From Deltaproteobacteria bacterium (GTDB taxonomy: Bacteria > Desulfobacterota > Desulfobaccia > Desulfobaccales > 0-14-0-80-60-11): 39,178 bases of DNA. Every line of letters starts with the position of its first letter. Positions within the stretch are counted from its first letter, which is position 1. The notes under the pieces are model-generated. The model saw only the letters and a list, made by a program, of their open reading frames with translations, was not told where the DNA came from and made no database searches. The position numbers and the translations under genes were made by a program. Below, in pieces: positions 1-8,044 of this stretch. The stretch is from positions 1 through 39,178 of the forward strand of contig VGSO01000001.1 of NCBI GenBank assembly GCA_016874945.1, written 5' to 3'.

Positions 1-2
1 AG

Positions 3-58
3 TGAGCAGGGAGCGGTGAGCAGTAAGCAGTTGGCTGTTGGCTGTTGGCTGTTAGTGT
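3..58. repeat. Tandem heptanucleotide array of 8 units in one 7-nt phase: TGAGCAG GGAGCGG TGAGCAG TAAGCAG TTGGCTG TTGGCTG TTGGCTG TTAGTGT
   Basis: Direct reading. The 7-nt register is kept across the switch from the TGAGCAG family to the TTGGCTG family. Confidence 0.9.
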
Positions 59-80
59 TTTTTTTCGTCCTACGTTCGCG

Positions 81-143
81 AAACTCAAAACTCAAAACTC
101 AAAACTCAAAACTGTCAACTGTTAACTGTTAACTGTCAACTCA
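81..143. repeat. Tandem heptanucleotide array of 9 units: AAACTCA x4, then AAACTGT CAACTGT TAACTGT TAACTGT CAACTCA
   Basis: Direct reading. It holds a single 7-nt phase and ends exactly at the base before the rimO ATG (144). Confidence 0.9.
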
Positions 144-1478
144 ATGAAAATCTACACCGTCAGCCTGGGGTGTCCCAAAAACCTGGTGGACACCGAAATA
201 ATGTTAGGTAATTTAACCCGGGAGGGCTGGGAGGTGGTGGATGATCCCCGGGCCGCGTCCCTCCTCCTGGTGAACACCTGCGCCTTTATCGCCCCCGCGT
301 CCCAGGAGGCGGTGGATGCCATATTGGAGTTGGCCCGTTATAAGGAAAATGACTCCGGCAAACTATTGGCCGTCACCGGCTGCCTGGTGCAGCGGTATGG
401 GCCGGACTTGGAGCAGCTTCTCCCCGAAGTGGACCTCTTTGTGGGGGTCCACGATTTCCCCCAACTTCCCCATTTGTTGCGGCAGCTCGGAGAAGGCCGG
501 GGCCGCCGCCTGTGGCATCATGCCCGGCCCTACGACTACCGCGAGCCCCAGCCCCGGTTGGCCGCCACCCCCCGGCATCTGGCCTACCTCAAGATCGCCG
601 AAGGCTGCAGCCACGCCTGCACTTTCTGCGTCATTCCCCGGATCCGGGGGCCATACCGCAGCCGCCCCCTGGATACCCTTATTCACGAGGCCCTGGACCT
701 GGCCGCCCAAGGGGTCAAGGAGCTGATACTGGTGGCCCAGGACACCACCGCCTACAGCCGGGATGGGGGGGGCCGGCCCGGTTTGCCGGACTTGCTCCGG
801 GAACTGGGCCGCCTGCCGGGGTTCACCTGGCTCCGGGTGCTGTACAGCCACCCGGCCCGCATCACTCGGGAGCTGGTCGAGACCATGGCCGCCCTGCCCC
901 AGGTGGCCCCTTATCTGGACCTCCCCATCCAGCACGGACATGACGAGATGCTGCGGCGCATGGGCCGGGGGTATAACCGGGCGAAGGTTATAGAGGCCTG
1001 CCGCCTCATCCGGGAGGTCCTGCCCCAGGCGGCGCTGCGCACCAGCGTCATGGTGGGATTTCCGGGGGAGACGGAAGACCATTTCCAGGCCCTGTTAGAC
1101 CTGGTCCAGGAAGTCCGGTTCCACCACCTGGGGGTCTTTCTTTATTCGCCCGAAGAAGGAGCGCCCGCGGCGAAATTTGCCGGTGCCCCGCCCCGCCGGG
1201 TTGTCCGCCGGCGGGCCCAGCGCCTCAAGGCGCTCCAGGCCCGCATCGTCAAAGAAAGACTCAAGGCCCTGGTGGGCGCCCGCCAACCGGTGCTGGTGGA
1301 AGGGGTCAGCCCGGAAAGCGAATATCTTCTCAGTGGCCGCCTCATCACCCAGGCGCCGGACATCGACGGCCAGGTTTATATCACCGCAGGAGAAGGCCGC
1401 GTCGGCGAGGTCCAGATGGTCAAAATAACCCGGGCCTTGGCTTATGACCTGGTGGGGGAGATTGTAACCGCCGATTAA
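144..1478 (+). CDS. rimO: Ribosomal protein S12 methylthiotransferase RimO (radical SAM MiaB/RimO family)
   Basis: 444-aa ORF. The N-terminus MKIYTVSLGCPKNLVD, with NTCAF and VTGCL, gives the MTTase N-domain Cys triad. Radical-SAM CxxxCxxC is present in EGCSHACTFC, and the C-terminus is TRAM-like. No SD precedes the ATG. Confidence 0.92.
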   Translation: MKIYTVSLGCPKNLVDTEIMLGNLTREGWEVVDDPRAASLLLVNTCAFIAPASQEAVDAILELARYKENDSGKLLAVTGCLVQRYGPDLEQLLPEVDLFVGVHDFPQLPHLLRQLGEGRGRRLWHHARPYDYREPQPRLAATPRHLAYLKIAEGCSHACTFCVIPRIRGPYRSRPLDTLIHEALDLAAQGVKELILVAQDTTAYSRDGGGRPGLPDLLRELGRLPGFTWLRVLYSHPARITRELVETMAALPQVAPYLDLPIQHGHDEMLRRMGRGYNRAKVIEACRLIREVLPQAALRTSVMVGFPGETEDHFQALLDLVQEVRFHHLGVFLYSPEEGAPAAKFAGAPPRRVVRRRAQRLKALQARIVKERLKALVGARQPVLVEGVSPESEYLLSGRLITQAPDIDGQVYITAGEGRVGEVQMVKITRALAYDLVGEIVTAD

Positions 1479-1546
1479 CGCGGATGAACCCAGATATTAT
1501 TATCTGTGTTTATCCCGGGGCATCTGTGGCTCCTCTCCATCTTCAG

Positions 1547-1575
1547 TTGACTTCCTGCCGGAAGTAAGTTATTTT
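1547..1575 (+). promoter_or_regulatory. Candidate sigma70 promoter for the polyprenyl synthase gene (TTGACT-17 nt-TATTTT)
   Basis: TTGACT lies at 1547-1552 and TATTTT at 1570-1575. A small hairpin ACTTCC/GGAAGT (1550-1565) overlaps it. The -10 box is weak. Confidence 0.3.
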
Positions 1576-1596
1576 CTTCACAATAATAAACCCTTT

Positions 1597-2565
1597 ATGA
1601 AGCCCAACTCCATTCTCCGGGAACTGAAAGGCGAGGTGGCCGCCATCAACCAGGCCCTGGCGGCTAATCTCCAGACCCATGTGCCCCTGATTTCCCAGGT
1701 GGGGCAGCACATCCTGCTCTCCGGCGGGAAACGGGTCCGGCCCCTCCTTTTCCTCCTTTCCGCCCGCATGTGCGGCTGCCGGGGCGAGCACCTGGCCGAT
1801 TTCTCCACCATTTTTGAATACCTCCACGCCGCCACCCTGCTCCACGACGACGTGGTGGACGCAGCCGCGGTGCGCCGGGGCCTGTCCACCGCCAACACCA
1901 TCTGGGGGAACCAGGCCGTCATCCTGGTGGGGGATTTTCTCCTGGCCAAAGCCCTGTCCCTGGCAGTGACCACCAACCGGCTGAAGGTCCTCCAGGTGCT
2001 GTCCCACACCACCACCATGATGGCGGAAGGGGAGATTTTGCAGCTTCTGCACACCGGCAACCTGGATTTAACGGAAGCCGAATATTTCGAAGTCATCAAC
2101 CGGAAGACCGCCATCCTCATGGCCGCGGCCTGCCGCATCGGCGCCATCCTGGGGGATGCCCCGCCGGAGCAGGAAGAGGCCCTGGCCCAGATGGGCCTCA
2201 ACCTGGGCATCACCTTCCAGGTGGTGGACGATATCCTGGATTTTGTGGGCGATGAAAAGGAGTTGGGGAAACCGGTGTGCGCCGATCTTAAAGAGGGCCG
2301 GGTCACCCTGCCCTTGATTCATGCCTTGAGCCGCGCCGAGTCCCAGGACCGGCAGCGCCTCCAAGAGGCGGCTCGGAATTTAACCCCGGAATTGGTCCCG
2401 GAACTGAGGAAACTCCTGGATCAATACGGCTCCCTGAACCACGCCCGGAGCACTGCCCGCCAATACACCCTCAAGGCCCAGGACAACCTGGCCCTTTTCC
2501 CTCCCAGCCGGGAAAAAGAGTATTTCCAGGCCATTACCGCGGAACTGCTTGACCGTACGCATTAA
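1597..2565 (+). CDS. Long-chain trans-polyprenyl diphosphate synthase (IspB/hepta-octaprenyl type)
   Basis: 322-aa ORF with both Asp-rich prenyltransferase motifs (LLHDDVVD and QVVDDILD). Confidence 0.9.
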   Translation: MKPNSILRELKGEVAAINQALAANLQTHVPLISQVGQHILLSGGKRVRPLLFLLSARMCGCRGEHLADFSTIFEYLHAATLLHDDVVDAAAVRRGLSTANTIWGNQAVILVGDFLLAKALSLAVTTNRLKVLQVLSHTTTMMAEGEILQLLHTGNLDLTEAEYFEVINRKTAILMAAACRIGAILGDAPPEQEEALAQMGLNLGITFQVVDDILDFVGDEKELGKPVCADLKEGRVTLPLIHALSRAESQDRQRLQEAARNLTPELVPELRKLLDQYGSLNHARSTARQYTLKAQDNLALFPPSREKEYFQAITAELLDRTH

Positions 2566-2631
2566 TTCCTGAATTCTCCCGCAAAATTTTGGGGGAAATG
2601 GGGCAACTCTGCCCCTGCCCCAAAAAATTTT

Positions 2632-2660
2632 TTGACTTGTGTCTAACAGGAAATTATGGT
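2632..2660 (+). promoter_or_regulatory. Candidate sigma70 promoter (TTGACT-17 nt-TATGGT) with an A/T-rich upstream tract
   Basis: TTGACT lies at 2632-2637 and TATGGT at 2655-2660, preceded by aaaaaattttt. It sits in a 490-bp lower-GC gap after the synthase stop. Confidence 0.45.
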
Positions 2661-2690
2661 ATATTTTTATTAACCTTTAAAGGAAGACCC

Positions 2691-2852
2691 ATGTTTACCC
2701 CGCAAGGATCATGTTCTATTAAAAACTGTTGCCGTAGGGAGCCCAGCCGATCCTCTAACCCCATAGCGCTCTTCCTAATTGGGCCGACGCTCATAACCAG
2801 CATCTTCGAAACGCTGCAACCGTCTAACCCCTTTACAAAACCGAAAAAATAA
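2691..2852 (+). CDS. Hypothetical 53-aa small membrane peptide with an N-terminal Cys cluster (MFTPQGSCSIKNCC...IALFLIGPTLITSIF...)
   Basis: An internal ATG of the 2589..2852 ORF, about 25 nt downstream of the predicted TSS. AGGAAG lies 4-5 nt upstream of the ATG. There is one hydrophobic segment and no recognisable family. Confidence 0.25.
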   Translation: MFTPQGSCSIKNCCRREPSRSSNPIALFLIGPTLITSIFETLQPSNPFTKPKK

Positions 2853-3057
2853 ATCCCTTGTCCGGAGTTCAAAGAGGAGGTCCGGAAGTGGGCGCAGCCG
2901 GCTGCAAACTTCACCTGGATAAATCCCGAGAGAAGGGAGGTGGCTATCGAGGTAAAGGTTTCTAGCCTGATGGAAAGCAATTTTGGTCGGATCAGTCGGA
3001 CACAGCATCCTTAACAGATTTCTTAAAGTATCGGGGCAGAAGAAAAGGAGGTTTGAC

Positions 3058-4170
3058 ATGAAGGCGCCCAAAATTTTGTTGAGCGCTTTGGCCATCCTGG
3101 CCACCTTGTCCCTTCTGATTTCCGTCGGGCCCGTAGTGGGGGCTGATTGCGGCTTTACCCTGCCGTGCGACGACAGCGTGAGCGTTGCACCCCCCACCCC
3201 GGCCCTGAAGATTTCCAATCCCGCCGGGGCCGGCATCGGCATCATGGGCGCCGCTCACGGCATCGGGGTTTTGGGGCAAACTGAGATCAATTTTGGCGTG
3301 GTGGGAGAAGCCACGGGTTCCGGGAAGGGCGTGAGGGGTTACTCTGCAAGCGGCGTGGGGGTTGAAGGCTGGAGCACCGGGTCCTCTGCCGGGGTAAACG
3401 GGGTGAATGGCAATATGACCGATACCGGCGGCCCGGGGGTATACGGGAACAGTTATAACACTGGCGTGTACGGCCTGGCCCCGAAAATCGGAGTCTTTGG
3501 CAAAACCGGCGGCACGGCCCCCCATGCCGGCGTCAAGGGGCAAAACACGGGGACCGGCTACGGCGTCTATGGCATCAGTTTTAATGGTGTCGCCGGCTAT
3601 TTTGCAATCACCAACCGGGCCAGTGCCAAAACGGCTCTCATGGCGGTAACCAGCGGCAACGGCTGGGCCGGGCAATTTGTTGCCAAAGGCGCCCAGGGCC
3701 GCGGCGTCTATATCTCCACCCCCATCGGCAACCAGGGGCTGGAGGTGGTGGGCGGCCTCAAGAACGCGGTGGTGGCCACCTCCCAGGGAGCCCGCTCCCT
3801 TTCGGCCGAGGAGTCCACGGGCGTCTACTTCACTGATTACGGCTTCGGCAAGCTCAAGGACGGCCAGGCGGTAATCAAAATCGATCCCGTCTTCGCCGAG
3901 ACCGTCAACCTGAACCAGGATTACTTTGTCTTTTTGCAGCCCTACGCCAAGGCGGAATTGTATGTGAGCCAAACCGGCCCCAAGGCCTTTGAGGTGCGCC
4001 TGAACACGGGCGACCCCGAGGCCCGATTCGCCTACCGTCTGGTGGGCAAGCGCCGGGGCTTCGAGCAGGCCCGCCTGCAGCCCGCTCCCTGGGCCGACAA
4101 CGACCCCAACCTATATCCCCAGAAGGGCGCCGACAAGGTGGCTGCAGTCCAGGTAAAGGAAAACAAATAG
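3058..4170 (+). CDS. Secreted glycine-rich repeat protein (G-[VI]-x-G repeats about every 10-13 aa) with a C-terminal globular domain; function unknown
   Basis: ATG at 3058 with AAGGAGG 7 nt upstream; the 2983 start in the track is a TTG artefact. A signal peptide is present (MKAPKILLSALAILATLSLLISVGPVVGA). The repeats read GVLG, GVVG, GVRG, GVEG, GVNG, GVYG, GVFG, GVKG. Confidence 0.8.
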   Translation: MKAPKILLSALAILATLSLLISVGPVVGADCGFTLPCDDSVSVAPPTPALKISNPAGAGIGIMGAAHGIGVLGQTEINFGVVGEATGSGKGVRGYSASGVGVEGWSTGSSAGVNGVNGNMTDTGGPGVYGNSYNTGVYGLAPKIGVFGKTGGTAPHAGVKGQNTGTGYGVYGISFNGVAGYFAITNRASAKTALMAVTSGNGWAGQFVAKGAQGRGVYISTPIGNQGLEVVGGLKNAVVATSQGARSLSAEESTGVYFTDYGFGKLKDGQAVIKIDPVFAETVNLNQDYFVFLQPYAKAELYVSQTGPKAFEVRLNTGDPEARFAYRLVGKRRGFEQARLQPAPWADNDPNLYPQKGADKVAAVQVKENK

Positions 4171-4227
4171 TTCGAGTCATTGTTAACCGCCTAGCCCCAA
4201 AGAACCCGGAGGCTTGCAAAATCTCCC

Positions 4228-4253
4228 GGCCCTGGCCGCAGGCCGCCAGGGCC
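4228..4253. terminator. GC-rich hairpin between convergent genes (GGCCCTGGC-8 nt-GCCAGGGCC)
   Basis: 9-bp perfect stem. Partial T-tracts follow on both strands (gtaaatttctt on plus, gagatttt on minus). Confidence 0.4.
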
Positions 4254-4301
4254 GTAAATTTCTTCCCGGTGTAATTCTTTGTGCCCTCTGTGCCTCTGTG
4301 G

Positions 4302-5057
4302 TTAAACTTGAACCCGCAACCCGTCTTCCGCCCGGATAATTTCGCCGGGAAATTCCTGCCCGGCCAAAGCCGCCACGTCCACCTCATCACAAGGGGGATA
4401 AAAATGGGTCAGCACCAGCCTTTTCACCCCGGCCCGGGCCGCCAGGCGCCCGGCCTCCTGGGGAGTGAGATGCCCCGGCACCTTGAAGGGGTTGGCGGCT
4501 TCCAGCACCAGCAAGTCCGCGCCGTTCGCCAGATCCACCAATGAATCGCTTTCGTCCGTGTCGCCGGAATAGACCAGACTGACCCCTTCAGCCTCCAGGC
4601 GGTAGGCCAGGCTGCTCTCGATGTGGTTGGGGGGCGCGCTTCTGATCACCAGCCCCGGCCAGGAAATTTCACTTGGTCCGTCCGTGGGTAATTCCCTAAG
4701 TTCCATCAAGCCCGGAGGCGCCTTTACCCAATCGCCGTAGGCCATGCTGAGGCCGGCATAAAAATCCGTGAAACCCCGGGCCGCCAGCAGGGTAAACGGC
4801 TCTTTCCGGGTATATCCCAGAGAATAACGGGTGGCAAAGAGAAAAGGGACCAGGTCGCCCACGTGGTCCGGGTGGAAATGGCTCAAGGCGATGATGTCCA
4901 CCTGGTTGAAGTCCAGGCCGTATTTTAACATGGACCGCAGGGCGCCGCTCCCCAGATCCAGAAGGATCAGCTTCTCCGCGGCCTTCACCGCCAGGGCGGG
5001 GGCGCCCCGGCGCAAGGACGGAACCCCGGTCCCCGAGCCGATGACGAGCAGTTCCAT
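4302..5057 (-). CDS. MBL-fold metallo-hydrolase (RNase Z/beta-lactamase superfamily)
   Basis: 251-aa ORF with the HxHxDH motif in SHFHPDHVGD. ATG start. The only SD-like GAGGA lies inside the heptamer repeat arm. Confidence 0.85.
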   Translation of the reverse strand: MELLVIGSGTGVPSLRRGAPALAVKAAEKLILLDLGSGALRSMLKYGLDFNQVDIIALSHFHPDHVGDLVPFLFATRYSLGYTRKEPFTLLAARGFTDFYAGLSMAYGDWVKAPPGLMELRELPTDGPSEISWPGLVIRSAPPNHIESSLAYRLEAEGVSLVYSGDTDESDSLVDLANGADLLVLEAANPFKVPGHLTPQEAGRLAARAGVKRLVLTHFYPPCDEVDVAALAGQEFPGEIIRAEDGLRVQV

Positions 5058-5065
5058 AAAATAAT

Positions 5066-5141
5066 GGTCCTCGGTCTTCGGTCTTCGGTCAAAGAAGACG
5101 AAATTAAATACCGAAAACCGAAGACCGAAAACCGAAAACCG
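5066..5141. repeat. Two inverted heptamer arrays (GGTCCTC GGTCTTC GGTCTTC GGTC ... CCGAAAA CCGAAGA CCGAAAA CCGAAAA CCG) forming a long imperfect hairpin
   Basis: CGGTCTTCGG (5079-5088) is the exact complement of CCGAAGACCG (5118-5127). Flanking units extend the pairing with one mismatch. The array fills the whole gap between two minus-strand genes. Confidence 0.85.
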
Positions 5142-5144
5142 TCT

Positions 5145-5669
5145 TTATTGTCCGTCCACGTGGCCCATCTGTTTGACGTAGAACCAGTCCGCCGGGTCGG
5201 AGAGGTAGTTGTGCATATCCAGGAGGGCCAGGAGGTGGCCCCGTTCCTCGTGGGCCACGCTCATGAAGAAGCGCCGGGCCAGAGGGTCCAGGGTTTCCTT
5301 GGCCAACTTGGTGTAGTAATCGATGGAGCACTCTTCCATTTTGATGCCGGTGCGTAGGGCCTGAAGGTCATCCTGGCCCCCGGCCCCCTCTTTTTCCTTG
5401 GCCATGGCCAGGACGCAGACGTACGGCTCGTGCTTGGGAGGCTTGAATTCCGCCAGGGACGCGGTCCAGTGGGGGTCTTTCTGAATGCTCTGGTAGATTT
5501 CGTTGAACTTCTGGATGTGGTAGATCTCCGATTCCGCCAGGTATTCCAGAATTTCCCGGACGCCTTCGCTTTGAACTTTTTTGGCGGCCTCCAGGTAGAA
5601 CTGGCGGCCCTCCACTTCCATCTGCACCGCGTCTTTTAAGGCCTGGAGCATGTATTCCTGCACTTTCAT
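5145..5669 (-). CDS. Rubrerythrin/ferritin-like di-iron protein (no rubredoxin domain)
   Basis: 174-aa ORF. Di-iron ligand pattern E...ExxH...E...ExxH is present (MEVEG, ESEIYH, KMEEC, EERGH). SD GAGGAGA lies upstream of the ATG. Confidence 0.8.
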   Translation of the reverse strand: MKVQEYMLQALKDAVQMEVEGRQFYLEAAKKVQSEGVREILEYLAESEIYHIQKFNEIYQSIQKDPHWTASLAEFKPPKHEPYVCVLAMAKEKEGAGGQDDLQALRTGIKMEECSIDYYTKLAKETLDPLARRFFMSVAHEERGHLLALLDMHNYLSDPADWFYVKQMGHVDGQ

Positions 5670-5761
5670 GGGAGGGTCTCCTCTATAGAGAATGCACCGG
5701 GAGCAACCCCGGACGGGTGATTAGACTCTTTACCCAAACATAAAGCCAGGCCGCAGCTTTG

Positions 5762-5799
5762 TCAATTCCCCGCGCCAAGACGCCAAGATGCAGAAAAAG
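5762..5799. repeat. Copy A of a dispersed ~40-nt element (tcaattcc..gccaagacgccaag..atgcagaaaaag) containing a CGCCAAGA tandem
   Basis: It aligns with 33549-33594. Both copies lie in divergent intergenic regions. Confidence 0.6.
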
Positions 5800-5910
5800 T
5801 TAACTTTGGGCGGACCCAACCCTCCATAAATTTATTTATTGCCCTCTTGGGTTGGGGCTTTAACGCCCCCCAATGTTGCCATGGCCCCAGGTTCCATGGT
5901 AAAAAAGACC

Positions 5911-6516
5911 ATGCCCAGGTTCAGTCTGGATTTTCTCAAGAAGCGCCTCGCACTGGAATCTCCCCGCCCGGTTCCGGAAGAGGGCATGGTGCCTGCCGGG
6001 GTGCTGGCGCCCTTGTTTCTGAAAAATGGGACGCTCCATATCCTTTTCACCCAGCGGACCCTGACGGTGAAAGACCACAAGGGTCAGATCTCTTTTCCCG
6101 GGGGAGTCCAACACTCCGAAGATCCGGACCTGCTGACCACGGCCCTGCGGGAAACCCAGGAGGAAATCGGCTTGGACCCCCAGGCGGTGGAAGTGCTGGG
6201 GTCCTTGAAACCCATTGCCACCATCACCGGTTACTGGGTCACCGGTTTCGTGGGAGTTATCCCCCACCCTTACGACTTTCACCTCAACCCCCAGGAGGTG
6301 AAACGCCTGCTTTTCTTTCCATTGGAGGGGTTTTGCGATTCCGGGCGCTGGAGCACGGGAAATTATACCTACCGGAGCCGCAATACCCGGGTCTGTTATT
6401 GGACCCATGACAAAACGGTGATCTGGGGAGCCACCGCCCGGATTCTCCTCCATTTCCTGGCCCGCCTGGGGGAATATCCCATCCCCGGAGACCGGGAGGC
6501 CACGTGTTTGGATTAG
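5911..6516 (+). CDS. NUDIX hydrolase, CoA pyrophosphatase type (NudL-like)
   Basis: Nudix box GGVQHSEDPDLLTTALRETQEEIGL is present. The 5911 start (MPRFSLDFLKKRL) is chosen because about 31 aa precede the conserved AGVLAPL, as in NudL. In-frame ATGs at 5881 and 5896 are possible, and the 5839 start in the track is TTG. Confidence 0.82.
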   Translation: MPRFSLDFLKKRLALESPRPVPEEGMVPAGVLAPLFLKNGTLHILFTQRTLTVKDHKGQISFPGGVQHSEDPDLLTTALRETQEEIGLDPQAVEVLGSLKPIATITGYWVTGFVGVIPHPYDFHLNPQEVKRLLFFPLEGFCDSGRWSTGNYTYRSRNTRVCYWTHDKTVIWGATARILLHFLARLGEYPIPGDREATCLD

Positions 6517-6593
6517 TGAACGGTGAGCGGTGAGCAGTAAACAATAAGGAATAAACAGCCTGATAGCCGATAACCCGCAACCCGCAACCGCAA
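6517..6593. repeat. Degenerating heptamer array: TGAACGG TGAGCGG TGAGCAG TAAACAA TAAGGAA TAAACAG CCTGATA GCCGATA ACCCGCA ACCCGCA ACCGCAA
   Basis: It starts at the base after the NUDIX stop codon. It belongs to the same TGAGCRG family as positions 3-30. Confidence 0.8.
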
Positions 6594-6723
6594 TATCAGG
6601 GATTATTCCCGGAAAATCAGGCCATCCCCGATTTACTCCCCGTCTGTCTTGCCTCAATCTGAAGTAAAGGGTGGATTCCAAACTTTGCCGCCACCAGCCG
6701 GGTTATTTCAGGAGAAGACGCTC

Positions 6724-6909
6724 ATGCTCAGGCAATTTTCCGTAAATAATCTCACCTTGAGGCTCCTGGCCTCCCTCTGGGGCGGCTTGCTTTGCCTTTC
6801 CCTGCTCTGGCCGTCCACCCTCCATGCCGGAGATACCTCCGGGTATGGCGGCAAGCGGCAAAATACCTCCTCCTCCAGTAAGAAGTACGTCTCCAAGAAC
6901 AGGGGGTGA
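6724..6909 (+). CDS. Hypothetical small secreted peptide (61 aa)
   Basis: AGGAGAAG lies 6-7 nt upstream of an internal ATG. A signal-like segment LRLLASLWGGLLCLSLLWPSTLHA is followed by a Ser/Lys-rich tail. No family is recognised. Confidence 0.3.
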   Translation: MLRQFSVNNLTLRLLASLWGGLLCLSLLWPSTLHAGDTSGYGGKRQNTSSSSKKYVSKNRG

Positions 6910-7060
6910 CGGCGGGTCGCCTCATCTTCCCCGGCGGGGAAGAAAAGAAGTTCTGGCAAATTGCCGGGAGCCAAGTTCTATACCTGGAATTGCGATTAGC
7001 GGATAAAAGGCTCACCACCAAGATGGGATAGCAGCCCCCGTCCTCGCATCCGGAGGGGAG

Positions 7061-8044
7061 TTATGTTTCCATCATTCGTGGAAGCCAGTGGAAGGGGGAT
7101 ATTGCCTGGACAGAATAACCGCTGGGCTGCATAATGCCGTGTTTGTCGTACAAGTTTATCCCGAATGATTTGACGATATCCAGGACCCCATCGACCTCTT
7201 CCTCATTGAGTATGGAATCCCAGAAGAACGAGACGCCCTTTTGCTTATAAACTTGTTCCGGCACTTCCAAACCATGGACTGTGGCCAGGGCGGTCATGGA
7301 AGGCGTGAACAAAAAGGACGGGTGAATGTCAACATTTTCATAGCCCAGGTAGTTAAACATTTCCCGGCTGGAGGAAAAGGGATGGTCATAGAAGTTTTCA
7401 TAAAAGAATAACGGTAATCCCAACCTTTCCAGCTCCGGCAGGGCTATGGCGTGGGTGATGGCCCACATTACCGCGTACTTGGCGATATCGGAGTCGGCCC
7501 GCCGGACGACCTCAACACAATTCTGGATTGGATGATTCTGGTAATGTTCGTTAAAAAGGGTTTTTCCCAAAAAAAGGTCATAGGTATAAGGCCAACCGAA
7601 TTCCCAGAAGTTTACTCTCTTCTTGATGGAGGCAACGGTGGCACAGGGGTGGCGAATGACAAATACGATTTTGCCAGGTAGATTTTCCAAGTACCATTCC
7701 ATCATAAAATTGGCGCGGATTTCCTTAAAGCCAATTATGCCGCATTCTTCCCATAGCATAGTCAGGAAATCCGGGTTGATATGTTCCAATCTATCGGGAA
7801 CGTGGTTGCGCAACAACCACATCTTCCGATGTTGTTTATTCAAAACTTTATTGTAAAAGTCTTTCAACAGACTTGAAGTCTCTCGATCAGTGATCGTAGC
7901 ATATGCAAATCTTTCCACATGCTCGGTCACACTGGGATGAACTGGCTCAAAAAGAACCAATTTACCTGTAATTTTAGAGACAATATCTGAGATCCAGGTA
8001 GTCCCGGATCTTCCGAAGCCTAAGATGATGATGTTTTTTGACAT
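7061..8044 (-). CDS. Sulfotransferase family protein (PAPS-dependent)
   Basis: 327-aa ORF. An N-terminal 5'-phosphosulfate-binding loop IIILGFGRSGTTW lies at 7997-8020. GC is about 40%, well below the window average. Confidence 0.8.
   Translation of the reverse strand: MSKNIIILGFGRSGTTWISDIVSKITGKLVLFEPVHPSVTEHVERFAYATITDRETSSLLKDFYNKVLNKQHRKMWLLRNHVPDRLEHINPDFLTMLWEECGIIGFKEIRANFMMEWYLENLPGKIVFVIRHPCATVASIKKRVNFWEFGWPYTYDLFLGKTLFNEHYQNHPIQNCVEVVRRADSDIAKYAVMWAITHAIALPELERLGLPLFFYENFYDHPFSSSREMFNYLGYENVDIHPSFLFTPSMTALATVHGLEVPEQVYKQKGVSFFWDSILNEEEVDGVLDIVKSFGINLYDKHGIMQPSGYSVQAISPFHWLPRMMET

Noticed and set aside
2600-2631. GGGGCA-actc-TGCCCC hairpin after the polyprenyl synthase gene, considered as an intrinsic terminator.
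   Set aside because: The stem is only 6 bp and the T-run starts about 12 nt after it, preceded by an A-run. It is too weak to list as a terminator.
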